In this document: positions 9,036-22,199 of the stretch, piece by piece
How positions within the stretch are numbered: position 1 is the first letter of the stretch
Layout: each line of letters opens with the position of its first letter
Notes under the pieces: model-generated
The model's input: the letters and a program-made list of their open reading frames with translations, nothing else
Told to the model about the DNA's origin: nothing
Database searches by the model: none
Origin: Parcubacteria group bacterium Gr01-1014_31
GTDB taxonomy: Bacteria > Patescibacteriota > Patescibacteriia > Buchananbacterales > GWA2-38-13
DNA: 64,000 nucleotides
Direction: 5' to 3'
Assembly: GCA_007376135.1 (NCBI GenBank)
Contig: VMFR01000007.1
Span: forward strand, 24,287-88,286
Position numbers and translations under genes: made by a program

Positions 9036-11659
9036 ATGAAACAGGCTCAGACGATTTCGCGGGTGACCGCGTTCCTGGTGAGCGCTTTCTGTTTTACGGT
9101 GGCGCTCGGTCTGTTCGTGTATGCCGGCTCGGTCGTAGCGGCAAACTCGAACGGAAATACTAACAGCTCTCCGACGCCGACCCCCTCGGCCACGGCGACA
9201 CCAACACCGACGCCGACAGCCACGCCGACTCCGACGCCAACCGCTACCCCGACGCCGACGATTACCGTCACTTCCCCTAATGGCGGTGAGCAGTGGTTTC
9301 GTGGCAGCACGTACCGCATCACCTGGCAAATCAGTGGCAACGTACAGAGTGTGATTGTGCGGTATCTGAACACAGCCGGCAATTCCTGGGTTATCGCGCA
9401 GCTGGACGCGGCGCTGGGCGGCCACGACTGGACGGTGACAGAGGGTGTACCGACCGGCCTCTACCGCATCGAGGTGGCCGATGCCGTGTACAGCTCGCCG
9501 GTGAAAGACGCCAGTGATACTACGTTCAGTATTGTCGCGCCACCGGCGCCGAGTCCGTCACCTTCACCGACCGCGACGGCAACGCCCACGCCGACCCCGT
9601 CGCCTACGCCGACGCCAACCCCGACGGCGAGCCCGGCCTCTTCACCGGTTCCGACCGTATCGGCAACGCCGACCCCAGTTTCCAGTCCTACCCCGGGCGC
9701 CTCTGCGACCCCAACCCCAACCGCTACCCCCTGGCCAACGGTAACGCCATCGCCGCAACCATCGGCAACGCCGAGTCCGTCAACCAGCCCTCAGCCGACC
9801 GCTTCCGCGACGCCGACGATGACTCCTTCGCCGACCCTGATCCCGTTGTCCCCAACAGCCGGGTTCATTCGCGGCGATGCGAATGGCAATGGCGTCATTG
9901 ATATTTCCGATACGGTCCGCATTTTGGACTACAATGCGGGGCGTGCCACGCTGTCGTGCCTAGACGCCGCCGACGTCAATGACGACGGCACAATTTCCGG
10001 AGTCGACGCCGATGCGCTCCAGGGTTACTTATTCCTCGGCACGCACCCGGCGCCCCGTGCGCCGTTCCCGACCCGCGGTGCCGACCCCACAGCGGACCGC
10101 CTGGGTTGCAGCCAGGTGCCAAGCCGATTCACCCCCCTCGCTGGCGTGACTTTCTTGCGCGGTGACGCTGATGGTAACGGCCGCGTGGACCAGTCCGATA
10201 CCGTCCGGATCCTGGGCTACTTCAATGGTACCGGCCCGGCCCCGACCTGCCTGGACGCCGCCGACGTGGACGATGACGGCTGGGTCAGCCCGTTCGATGC
10301 CGCGCGCCTGCAGCGGTGGCTGTTCTTGGGCGGTGCGGCACCTGCAGCGCGACGCCGCGGCCTTCCGTTGCTCCGACTCCGACGAGTTCCCCTCGTCCGT
10401 TGCCCACCCCCGCCGCAGCGCCGACGATCACGCAGGTCGGACAGTTCCTCCGCGGTGATGCCAATGGCGATGGCAAGCTGGATATCTCCGATGCGGTCAC
10501 CATCAATACCATGATCCATCTGGGAGGTACAATCGCCTGTCTGGATGCGGCGGACGCGAATGACAATGGCGGCGTAACTTCGGCTGATGCCGACTATGTG
10601 CTCGCCTATCTGTTCCGCGGCGGGCCAGCGCCGGCCGCACCTTACCCCGCCAAGGGGAACGATTCGACCGCTGATAGTCTGAACTGCGGCGAACAGGGCG
10701 GTGGTGCTTCCGGCATCTCCTTCTTGCGCGGAGACGCGAACGCCGATGGCCGCGTGGACCAGTCCGATACGGTACGTATCAACGAGTACCTGAATGATCG
10801 CGGCAGCATCAGTTGTCTGGATGCCGCCGATACGAACGACGATGGCGTGGTCAGCACGATGGACGCCCGCGCGCTGCAGGGGTTCCTGTTCCTCGGCAGC
10901 TACCCGTCGCCGCGCCAGCCCTATCCGACGGTCGGTTTGGACACGACGACTGACGGCTTGGGATGCGCCGCGTACCGCGGCAGCGTCGCGCCAACACCAA
11001 GCGTAAGCCCTTCCCCCAGCGCATCACCGACGGTAAGCCCGACACCGAGCGGTTCGCCACAACCGTCCACGAGCCCGACGTCCAGCGCCTCGCCTGCGGT
11101 TTCGCCGACGCCCGCCCAGTCGCCGGTTCCTCCGGGCGCAACGGCGCTCTACATCCGCGGTGACGCCAACGGCAGCGGCGGATTGGATATCTCCGACACC
11201 GCCCGCATCTTGGATTACCTGGTTGGTCGCGCGTCGATCGCCTGCTTGGATGCCGCCGACGTCAATGATGACGGGCAGATCACCGACGCTGACGCCGATG
11301 CGATCCAGGGCTACCTGTTCCTCGGTACGCATCCGGCGCCCCGTGCGCCGTTCCCAACCCGAGGTGCCGACCCGACAGCGGATCAGCTTGGCTGCACGCA
11401 CGTGCCGTTCCGGCTGACCCCGCCAGCCGTGACCTTCCTGCGCGGCGATGCCGACGGCAGCGGCCGCATTGACCAGGCCGACACCCTGCGCATTTTGAAC
11501 TACTTCAACGGCATCGGCCCGGCCCCGACCTGTCTGGACGCCGCCGACGTGGACGATGACGGCTGGGTCAGCCCGTTCGATGCCGCGCGCCTGCAGCGGT
11601 GGCTGTTCTTGGGCGGTGCGGCACCTGCAGCGAGGACACCACTTTCTATCTTTCTATGA
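9036..11659 (+). CDS. Secreted multi-dockerin-like protein: signal peptide, Thr/Pro-linkers, a small beta-sandwich domain and six dockerin-type EF-hand-pair modules. The reading frame is broken by a 1-nt frameshift near 10347.
   Basis: Signal peptide [20 protein letters not shown]. Six repeats of GDANG.G..D.SD...IL.Y...G...[11 protein letters not shown]....D...L..YLF.G. The frame 0 to frame 2 switch is exactly where the second terminal module reads AAPAARTP. The 3' end overlaps the next gene by ATGA. Confidence 0.6.
10231..10350 (+). repeat. 120-bp near-identical intragenic repeat (copy 1 of 2; partner at 11513-11632)
   Basis: Direct comparison shows one mismatch over ~120 nt. The frameshift lies at the 3' edge of this copy. 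Confidence 0.8.
11513..11632 (+). repeat. 120-bp near-identical intragenic repeat (copy 2)
   Basis: See copy 1. Confidence 0.8.
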
Positions 11660-12987
11660 TGAGACGATTGCTCCGCCATCGTATTCCGAATTTTATCGTT
11701 GGTTGGTACCACTGGGGTTTGGCGCATTGGGCGAACATTTGGTACCGCCGGCCGTCGGAACGCCTGATGGTCATCGGTATCACGGGTACGTCAGGGAAGT
11801 CGACGGTCGCGGCGATGACCGTCGGCATTCTGGAAGACGCCGGGTATACGGTCGGCTTGGCGTCGACCATCAGTTTCAAAGTGGGAACGATCGAGCGTCC
11901 GAACGACACCAAAATGACGATGGTCGGGCGTTTCCAACTCCAGAAGTTGCTGGCGCAAATGGTGAAAGCCGGCTGTGATTTCGCGATCATTGAAACGACA
12001 TCGCTTGGCATTGCCCAGTCGCGGCATGTGGGCATTCACTACGACACGGCGGTGCTGACCAATCTGTACCCCGAGCATATTGATGCGCACGGGGGGTTTG
12101 AAAAATACGTCGCGGCCAAGCGCGAGCTGTTTTCTCACCTCCAGCGCTTGCCGCACAAGACGATCGCCGGTATGCGGATCCCCAAGACCATCATCGTCAA
12201 CCTTGATGTGGCGCGATCATCTGAGTTTCTTGCATCCCTCGTGGATAAAAAGATCGGCGTGACGACGAAGGCGCGCTACGATATTTCCGGCGTCGAGGAG
12301 CTGCGCGGGGAGGTTTTACACAATGCGGGCCGCGTGGGTGTGCGGGTGCTGGGCGAGGATCTGTGGCTTGCTCTGCACGGCGAGCATAACGCGGAAAACG
12401 CCCTGCTCGCTGCGGCGATCGCCCGCGCTCATGGGGTGTCCTGGACGCACGTGCGCAGCGGTCTAGCCAGTCTGGCTGCACTGCCGGGACGCATCGAACG
12501 CGTGGATGCCGGCCAGCCCTTTACCGTCATTGTCGACTATGCGTTCGAACCGGTCGCGATGGAAAAATTGTATACGGTCGTTTCCGCGTTGCCGCATCGG
12601 CGGGTGTTGCAGGTGCTCGGAACGACCGGCGGCGGACGCGACCGCGATCGTGGCGAGGTGCTCGGCCGGATGGCCGGACGTTTCGCCGATTACGTCGTTG
12701 CCACCAACGAAGACCCCTACGATGATGATCCCGCAATGCTGGCAAGCCGCGTGGTGCGCGGCGCCCAGGCCGAGGGGAAGACGCTCGGGAAGGACCTGCT
12801 CTTTGAACTTGATCGTCGTCGTGCGATCCGTCTGGCCCTGCGGGAAGCAAAAGCTGCTGACGTCGTGCTGGTGACTGGAAAGGGAAGTGAACAGGCCATG
12901 GTGGTGGTGGGGAATAAGAAGGTACCGTGGGATGACCGCGCAGTTATTCGGGAGGAAATTTCCACCCTCATTTCACAAGCTCGATAG
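11656..12987 (+). CDS. Mur-ligase-family protein, MurE-like (UDP-MurNAc-tripeptide synthetase-like) with a short N-terminal domain
   Basis: P-loop VIGITGTSGKST, TNLYPEHIDAHGG (cf. MurE TNLSRDHLDYHG), DYAFEP (cf. DYAHTP), and a C-terminal Mur-ligase domain. Start MMRRLL overlaps the upstream stop. Confidence 0.7.
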   Translation: MMRRLLRHRIPNFIVGWYHWGLAHWANIWYRRPSERLMVIGITGTSGKSTVAAMTVGILEDAGYTVGLASTISFKVGTIERPNDTKMTMVGRFQLQKLLAQMVKAGCDFAIIETTSLGIAQSRHVGIHYDTAVLTNLYPEHIDAHGGFEKYVAAKRELFSHLQRLPHKTIAGMRIPKTIIVNLDVARSSEFLASLVDKKIGVTTKARYDISGVEELRGEVLHNAGRVGVRVLGEDLWLALHGEHNAENALLAAAIARAHGVSWTHVRSGLASLAALPGRIERVDAGQPFTVIVDYAFEPVAMEKLYTVVSALPHRRVLQVLGTTGGGRDRDRGEVLGRMAGRFADYVVATNEDPYDDDPAMLASRVVRGAQAEGKTLGKDLLFELDRRRAIRLALREAKAADVVLVTGKGSEQAMVVVGNKKVPWDDRAVIREEISTLISQAR

Positions 12988-13088
12988 CGTGCCGCGGTGT
13001 GGATAACCATAGAGGTGAGGTATATTTTGTTTTCGTTGAGCAAAAAAACGTTTTTTTGTTTTCCACAGTGTTTATGGTCTCCCGGGAT

Positions 13089-13117
13089 TTGACAAATTTT
13101 TGTGATTGTGATAGATT
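13089..13117 (+). promoter_or_regulatory. Candidate sigma70-like promoter (TTGACA-17-TAGATT) that would give a ~350-nt rpoB leader
   Basis: Read directly from the sequence. Only intergenic candidate upstream of rpoB. Confidence 0.35.
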
Positions 13118-13469
13118 TTTGCCACTACTGAATGCTCTACCGTGATGGGTTTTGGCCTTTTGCGGTTGGAGCAGCGGCGGCGACCATGGAATTTCGCCGC
13201 TGTCGGCCTGGGGTTTTACCGCCGGGCAAAATAAAACGCGAGGATCTCACCTGCAGAACCTTGGACTGTAGGTTTTGAGTCTGTAATCCCTCAACCGACA
13301 CCTTCGGCGCGCGGTAATTTTTGCCCCATCGCGGGGCGCGCAGCCAGGGTTTCCGCCACGGGATTAACCACCCCCACCGTGGGTAGCGTTGCGCCACACC
13401 AATAACTTCATATCATTTTTTACCCTCGTCTCCACCGGGAGAGGAGATCTTTTTGTTTGTCCGCTGCCT

Positions 13470-16859
<3,390 letters not shown>

Positions 16860-16864
16860 GCAGT

Positions 16865-19800
16865 TTGCCCTCTATGTTCCACGAAATGGAAACCAAGACC
16901 TTGGACTTCGACGCGTTGCGGCTGCGGCTCGCGTCGCCCGAGCGCATGCGCGAGTGGTCGCACGGCGAGGTGACCAAGGCCGAGACCGTGAACTATCGGA
17001 CGCAGAAGCCCGAGAAGGACGGGTTGTTCGACGAGCGCATCTTCGGGCCGTCCAAAGATTGGGAGTGCTACTGCGGAAAGTATAAAAAGGTGCGGTATAA
17101 GGGGATCGTCTGCGACAAGTGCGGCGTCGAGGTGACGCGGTCGGTGGTGCGCCGCGAGCGGATGGGCCACATTGAGCTGGCGTCGCCCGTGTCTCACATC
17201 TGGTTCTTGCGCGGCGTGCCGTCGCGCATCGGTTTGCTGCTGGATCTGTCGCTGCAAAACCTGGAAAAGGTGGTCTACTTCGCCAGCTTTATCGTCACGC
17301 GCGTCGACGAGGATTCCAAAAAGTCGACTCTGGAGCAGATCCGTCAAGAGTACAAAGCCAAGAAGAAGAAATTCGACGAAGATTTCAACCGCCAAGCCGC
17401 GCTCGTACGTCAGCAGATCAGCAAGGCCCGCCCGTCTTTGCAAGGCGAAGCGCTGGCAGCCAAGGTCGAGGAAGAGCTGCATCGCGTGCAGAAAGCGAAG
17501 GAGGAGCGGACGTCAGAGTTGGATGGCGTGCTGCACCTGGCCGAAGCCGAACTCAAGGACCTCAAGCCGTTGAAGATCTTGTCCGAGCACCAGTACCAGG
17601 ACCTATCGTTGAAATACGGCCATCTGTTCGAGGCCGGCATCGGCGCCGAAGCCGTCCGGCAGCTGCTGGAGGATATCGACCTGGAAAAAGTGGTGGACGG
17701 GTTGAACACGAAACTGGAATCGGCCCATGGGCCGATGCGCGAGAAGCTGACCAAGCGGCTGCGCCTGTGCTCGGACCTGATGCGCAACAAGATCCGCCCC
17801 GAGTGGATGGTGCTGACGACCATCCCGGTCATCCCGCCCGACCTGCGGCCGATGGTACCGTTGGACGGGGGACGGTTCGCCACCTCCGATCTCAACGACC
17901 TCTACCGGCGCATCATTAATCGCAACAACCGGCTCAAGCAGCTGGTTGAACTGAACGCCCCGGAAGTCATCTGCCGCAACGAAAAGCGCATGCTGCAGGA
18001 GGCGGTCGACGCGCTGATCGACAACAACGCGCGCCATGGCAAGACGGTGGTCGCATCCACCGGCCAAAAGCGCATGCTCAAATCGCTGGCCGACATCCTG
18101 CGCGGCAAGCAGGGCCGTTTCCGGCAGAACCTGCTGGGCAAACGCATCGACTACTCGGGCCGCAGCGTCATCGTCGTGGGGCCCAAGCTCAAGCTCGACC
18201 AGTGCGGGCTGCCGAAGAAAATGGCGCTCGAACTGTTCAAACCGTTCATCATTTCCCGCATCATCAAGGCCGAGTACGTGCACAATGTCCGCTCGGCGTC
18301 GCGATTCATCGACAGCGGGCGGCCCGAAGTGTGGGACATTCTCGAGGATATCGTCAAAGGCTCGTACGTCCTGCTGAACCGCGCTCCAACCTTGCACCGG
18401 CTCGGCATCCAGGCCTTTAAACCGACGCTCATCGAGGGCAAGGCCATCCAAGTCCACCCGCTGGTGTGTTCTGCTTTCAACGCGGACTTCGACGGCGACC
18501 AGATGGCCGTGCATGTGCCGTTGACCGAAGAGGCCAAGCGCGAGGCGGCCGAGATCATGCTGTCTACTCGGAATTTATTGAAACCCGCGACCGGCGCGCC
18601 CATCACCAACCCGACCATGGACATGGTGTGGGGCTGCTACTACATGACGATGGTGACCGAGCCCAAGCACGGCAAGCCAAAGATCTTCTCGACGGTCGCC
18701 GAGGCCAACTGCGCCTACCAGCTGCGGCATATCAAATTGCAGGAAAAGCTCCAGCTACCCGCTGGCGTCATTCCGCGGCCGGTGCTTGACGACGAGGGCA
18801 AGAAGCTGGGCAAATCGGCGCTGGTGACCACGTCGATGGGGCGCGTCCTGTTCAACGACGTGCTGCCACCGGATTACCCGTTCGTCAATAGCCTGATGGA
18901 CAAAAAGTCGCTGGCTAAGATCGTTGCGCGGCTCTTGGAGCGGTACTCGTTCGAGGAAGCCGCGACGTTGCTGGATAAGATCAAGGAGTTCGGCTTCAAG
19001 TACCTTACTCGCTCGGGTTTCTCGTGGGGAATGGATGACATCCCGGCGTTGGCGGAAAAGCACGTCATGGTCGAGCAGGGCGACCGCGAGGTAGCCGAGA
19101 TCAACGACCAGTTCGAAATGGGTTTGCTGACCGATTCCGAGCGCCATACCAAGGTTATTGAGACGTGGATGAAGATCAAGGACAGCATCGTCGGCATTTC
19201 CCGCAAGGCGTTGGATCCGACGGGACCGGTGTACACGATGGTGGAATCCGGCGCCCGCGGGTCGTGGTCCCAGTTGATCCAGATCATGGGTATGAAGGGC
19301 CTGGTGACCAACCCCGCCGGTGATATCATCGAGCTGCCGGTGAAGGGCAATTTCAAGGAAGGGTTCGACGTGCTGGAGTATTTCATTTCGACGCACGGCG
19401 CGCGCAAGGGGTTGTCCGACACCGCGCTGCGCACAGCCAACGCCGGCTACCTGACGCGCCGTCTGGTGGACGTGGCCCAGGATCTGGTCATCTCGAGCGA
19501 GGACTGCGGCGACACCGAAGGCTTCACGTTCAACCGCGCCGACAGCGAGTCGGTTGGGCTGCACCTGGTCGACCGCGTCATTAACCGCTTCAGCCTCCAG
19601 GAGGTTATCCCGCCCCGGGCGCGCAAGCCCTTGCTGCATGTGGACGAGCTCATTACGCCCGCGCTGGCCGAAAGTCTGCGCAAGCTTGATCTGCCGGAGT
19701 TGTGGGTGCGGTCCGTTCTGTCGTGCAAGAACCGGCGCGGCATCTGCCAAAAGTGTTACGGCCAGGATTTGGGATATAATAAGCTGGTCAAGATGGGGAC

Positions 19801-20851
19801 CGCGGTCGGCATCATCGCCGCCCAGTCCATCGGGGAGCCTGGTACGCAGCTGACCATGCGGACGTTCCATACCGGGGGCGTGGCCGGCTTGGACATTACC
19901 CAGGGTCTACCGCGGGTGGAAGAGATCTTCGAGGCGCGCAGCCCGAAGGTCAAGGCATTCGTTTCGGAAGTCGCCGGCAAGGTGACGGTCAGACCGGTCT
20001 CGGCCGGTTCGCGCCAGAAGATGGTGGAGGTCGCGTACCGCGAAATGGGCCGTGATATCTATCCGATCGTCCCCGTCACCAAAGGCAAGGGAAAAAAGAA
20101 AGCCGCGGTCGGCGGCGCCATCGAAGTAAAAGAGGGCCAGAAAGTGAACGACGAAGAATTGTTAGGGGTGAACGCCGCTGGCGAGAAGGTGCTGGCCAAG
20201 CGCGGCGGCACCGTCCACGTGGAGGATGGGGCGGTCGTCATCGTCGCCGAACAGGACAAGACCAAAGAGTATGTCATTCCGACCGAGTTCACCATCATCG
20301 TGAAGAGCGGGGACCTCGTGGGTCCGGGTGACCGGTTGACGGATGGCAGCCTTGATCTGCGCCAGCTGTACCGTCTCAAGGGCATGGCCGACACCCAGCG
20401 GTATGTGCTGCGCGAGATCCAGACCATTTATACCAGCCAGGGCCAGCAGCTCAATGATAAGCACGTCGAGCTGATCATCCGGCAGATGTTTTCCCGGGTT
20501 CAGGTCAAGGATTCCGGCGACACTCCGCTGCTGGCAAGCAGTCGTCTGGAGTGGACGGAATTCGTCGCTCTTAACCAGCAGCAGAAGGATGGCAAGCGCC
20601 CGGCGGACGGCGAGCGGCTGCTCCTGGGTATCACGAAGGTCAGCCTGTCCACGTCCAGCTTCCTGTCGGCCGCGTCCTTCCAGGAAACTTCGCGGGTCCT
20701 CATCAACGCCGCCGTGCAGGGGAGAATTGATTTCCTGGAGGGCTTGAAGGAGAACGTCATCATCGGCCGCCTTATTCCGGCGGGCACGGGGTTCCGCATC
20801 ATTGCTCCCGTGCTGGTCGGTGCGACTCCCATCACCGAGGATAGTGAGTAA
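16865..20851 (+). CDS. rpoC: DNA-directed RNA polymerase beta-prime subunit
   Basis: 1328 aa. Zinc-finger CYCGKYKKVRYKGIVCDKCG and catalytic NADFDGDQMAVH. The start may be 16874 or 16886 instead. Confidence 0.95.
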   Translation: MPSMFHEMETKTLDFDALRLRLASPERMREWSHGEVTKAETVNYRTQKPEKDGLFDERIFGPSKDWECYCGKYKKVRYKGIVCDKCGVEVTRSVVRRERMGHIELASPVSHIWFLRGVPSRIGLLLDLSLQNLEKVVYFASFIVTRVDEDSKKSTLEQIRQEYKAKKKKFDEDFNRQAALVRQQISKARPSLQGEALAAKVEEELHRVQKAKEERTSELDGVLHLAEAELKDLKPLKILSEHQYQDLSLKYGHLFEAGIGAEAVRQLLEDIDLEKVVDGLNTKLESAHGPMREKLTKRLRLCSDLMRNKIRPEWMVLTTIPVIPPDLRPMVPLDGGRFATSDLNDLYRRIINRNNRLKQLVELNAPEVICRNEKRMLQEAVDALIDNNARHGKTVVASTGQKRMLKSLADILRGKQGRFRQNLLGKRIDYSGRSVIVVGPKLKLDQCGLPKKMALELFKPFIISRIIKAEYVHNVRSASRFIDSGRPEVWDILEDIVKGSYVLLNRAPTLHRLGIQAFKPTLIEGKAIQVHPLVCSAFNADFDGDQMAVHVPLTEEAKREAAEIMLSTRNLLKPATGAPITNPTMDMVWGCYYMTMVTEPKHGKPKIFSTVAEANCAYQLRHIKLQEKLQLPAGVIPRPVLDDEGKKLGKSALVTTSMGRVLFNDVLPPDYPFVNSLMDKKSLAKIVARLLERYSFEEAATLLDKIKEFGFKYLTRSGFSWGMDDIPALAEKHVMVEQGDREVAEINDQFEMGLLTDSERHTKVIETWMKIKDSIVGISRKALDPTGPVYTMVESGARGSWSQLIQIMGMKGLVTNPAGDIIELPVKGNFKEGFDVLEYFISTHGARKGLSDTALRTANAGYLTRRLVDVAQDLVISSEDCGDTEGFTFNRADSESVGLHLVDRVINRFSLQEVIPPRARKPLLHVDELITPALAESLRKLDLPELWVRSVLSCKNRRGICQKCYGQDLGYNKLVKMGTAVGIIAAQSIGEPGTQLTMRTFHTGGVAGLDITQGLPRVEEIFEARSPKVKAFVSEVAGKVTVRPVSAGSRQKMVEVAYREMGRDIYPIVPVTKGKGKKKAAVGGAIEVKEGQKVNDEELLGVNAAGEKVLAKRGGTVHVEDGAVVIVAEQDKTKEYVIPTEFTIIVKSGDLVGPGDRLTDGSLDLRQLYRLKGMADTQRYVLREIQTIYTSQGQQLNDKHVELIIRQMFSRVQVKDSGDTPLLASSRLEWTEFVALNQQQKDGKRPADGERLLLGITKVSLSTSSFLSAASFQETSRVLINAAVQGRIDFLEGLKENVIIGRLIPAGTGFRIIAPVLVGATPITEDSE

Positions 20852-20870
20852 CCGTTCGCTGAGAATAGTA

Positions 20871-20899
20871 AACCGCCGCCCATCCGGGCGGCGGTTTTG
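20871..20899 (+). terminator. Rho-independent terminator after rpoC
   Basis: ccgccgccc-atcc-gggcggcgg followed by tttt. Confidence 0.6.
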
Positions 20900-20933
20900 G
20901 CATTGCTTCAATGTCCGGGCGCTCATACTATCA

Positions 20934-20958
20934 ACCATAAAGTATTACTTTACGGTTA
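20934..20958. repeat. 25-bp near-perfect palindrome AACCATAAAGTATTACTTTACGGTT (copy 1)
   Basis: Half-sites AACC(A/G)TAAAGTA in inverted orientation around a central T. Second copy at 22104-22128 differs at 1 nt. Confidence 0.7.
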
Positions 20959-20977
20959 ATAATACCGGCCAATGCTT

Positions 20978-22108
20978 CTACCCGCCCCCGAATTGCTGTT
21001 CGATGCGGCGGTAGGTGAAGGCGGAAATATCGCGTATGATCTTCACGAGTGCATCAAAGTCGCTTCCTCGGGTCATGATGCACAGTAGGTATGGGCGTTG
21101 CGGATGGTAGATGATGCCGCAATCGTGGAGCTGTTTATCGGGGCTATCCTTCTGGCCGCGCTCGCCAAATTTGTGCGCGACGGAAACCCCTGGGTCCACG
21201 CCGGCGGGGAGCCCTTTTTTGAAATCAGTTTCGGTCAGGAGACGCAACACCTGCTCCGATTCGTTAATACCGAGATAGGAAGCATTGTAGAGGATACGGA
21301 AGAACGAAGCATACGTTTTGGCCGTGATGAAATAATCCTGGCCCCCAGGCGCCACCAGTCCAAGGTCTTGAAAGGTTTTTTCCAGTTCATCGTCGCCGAC
21401 CGCGTTTTTGAGCAACGTGGCGGCATTGTTGTCGGAGTATTTTACCATCATCATCGCCAACTCTTCTACCGTGAACGAGGCTCCCGGCGTCTGCTCCGGC
21501 GACTGGATGTGCTGGGTAAAGGCGCTGGGGCCGGCATCGCGGTAGGGTATCACGCTCCGCAATAATTCTGGATTATCGCGGCTCAGCCGGTAGACGGTCA
21601 TGAGGATGGGTACCTTCAATAGGCTGGCGGGGATGAAGTCGTCCTGTTCATGAATGCCAAACCACGGGCCGTTGTTCAGGTCGCGGAAATAAACGGAAAT
21701 TTTTGATGCCCGGCCATCGTCGACCATATCGTCGACCAGTTGCACCATATCGTAGCGGAAGGGGCGCAGATGTTGGGCTAAATATTCCTGGCCTTGGTCG
21801 CACTCCAGGAGCGGGTTGACCAGAGTATATTTCCCACGCCGGACTTCGCGCAGGCTGTCCGGCGTCAGTGGGGAGAGGGAGGAGAGCATGGTTCCGGCGA
21901 TGCCCAGCCCCACGCCAAGGAGAAGTATGAAGAACGCGGCGATTCCCGTTTTCGCCCGTCGATGGCTCGGCGACCGTGCTGCGTCGAACGGTTGCATAGT
22001 ATTGCCGTTATCGTACGGCATCATATTCGCCGCGTCCAGTTTCACATCCGCCGCGGTTGCGGCTTGATCGATCGTTCGTCTCAGGGCCGGGAGAATTACA
22101 TAAACCAT
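20978..22108 (-). CDS. Class-A beta-lactamase-fold serine hydrolase-like membrane-anchored protein. The true start is probably internal, between 21997 and 22024.
   Basis: SxxK (SLLK), SDN (YSDNN) and KTG-variant (HKFG) motifs. N-terminal TM helix IAAFFILLLGVGLGIAG. The ORF-track start codon lies inside the palindromic repeat. Confidence 0.6.
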   Translation of the reverse strand: MVYVILPALRRTIDQAATAADVKLDAANMMPYDNGNTMQPFDAARSPSHRRAKTGIAAFFILLLGVGLGIAGTMLSSLSPLTPDSLREVRRGKYTLVNPLLECDQGQEYLAQHLRPFRYDMVQLVDDMVDDGRASKISVYFRDLNNGPWFGIHEQDDFIPASLLKVPILMTVYRLSRDNPELLRSVIPYRDAGPSAFTQHIQSPEQTPGASFTVEELAMMMVKYSDNNAATLLKNAVGDDELEKTFQDLGLVAPGGQDYFITAKTYASFFRILYNASYLGINESEQVLRLLTETDFKKGLPAGVDPGVSVAHKFGERGQKDSPDKQLHDCGIIYHPQRPYLLCIMTRGSDFDALVKIIRDISAFTYRRIEQQFGGG

Positions 22109-22128
22109 AAAGTATTACTTCACGGTTT
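22104..22128. repeat. 25-bp palindrome copy 2 (AACCATAAAGTATTACTTCACGGTT)
   Basis: Same sequence as 20934-20958, in direct orientation, overlapping the 5' end of the beta-lactamase-like ORF. Confidence 0.7.
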
Positions 22129-22199
22129 GTACATTTTATGGTAGGTTGGGGATAACCCGGACTGTCAGAAGCGGTCCAGGGTTTGCGGCAGCCGTCGCG

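Noticed and set aside
10316-11659. ORF-track entry starting [11 protein letters not shown] as an independent gene
   Set aside because: Its first ~10 codons are an out-of-frame read-through of the upstream module. The biologically sensible sequence, a TP-linker plus four modules, is the continuation of 9036-10347 after a 1-nt frameshift. The same spurious [11 protein letters not shown] peptide arises again at 11599 from the identical repeat.
13137-13397. Minus-strand ORF (86 aa) in the rpoB leader
   Set aside because: Arg/Trp/Pro-rich composition typical of off-frame GC-rich sequence. No start context. Lies in a probable 5' UTR.
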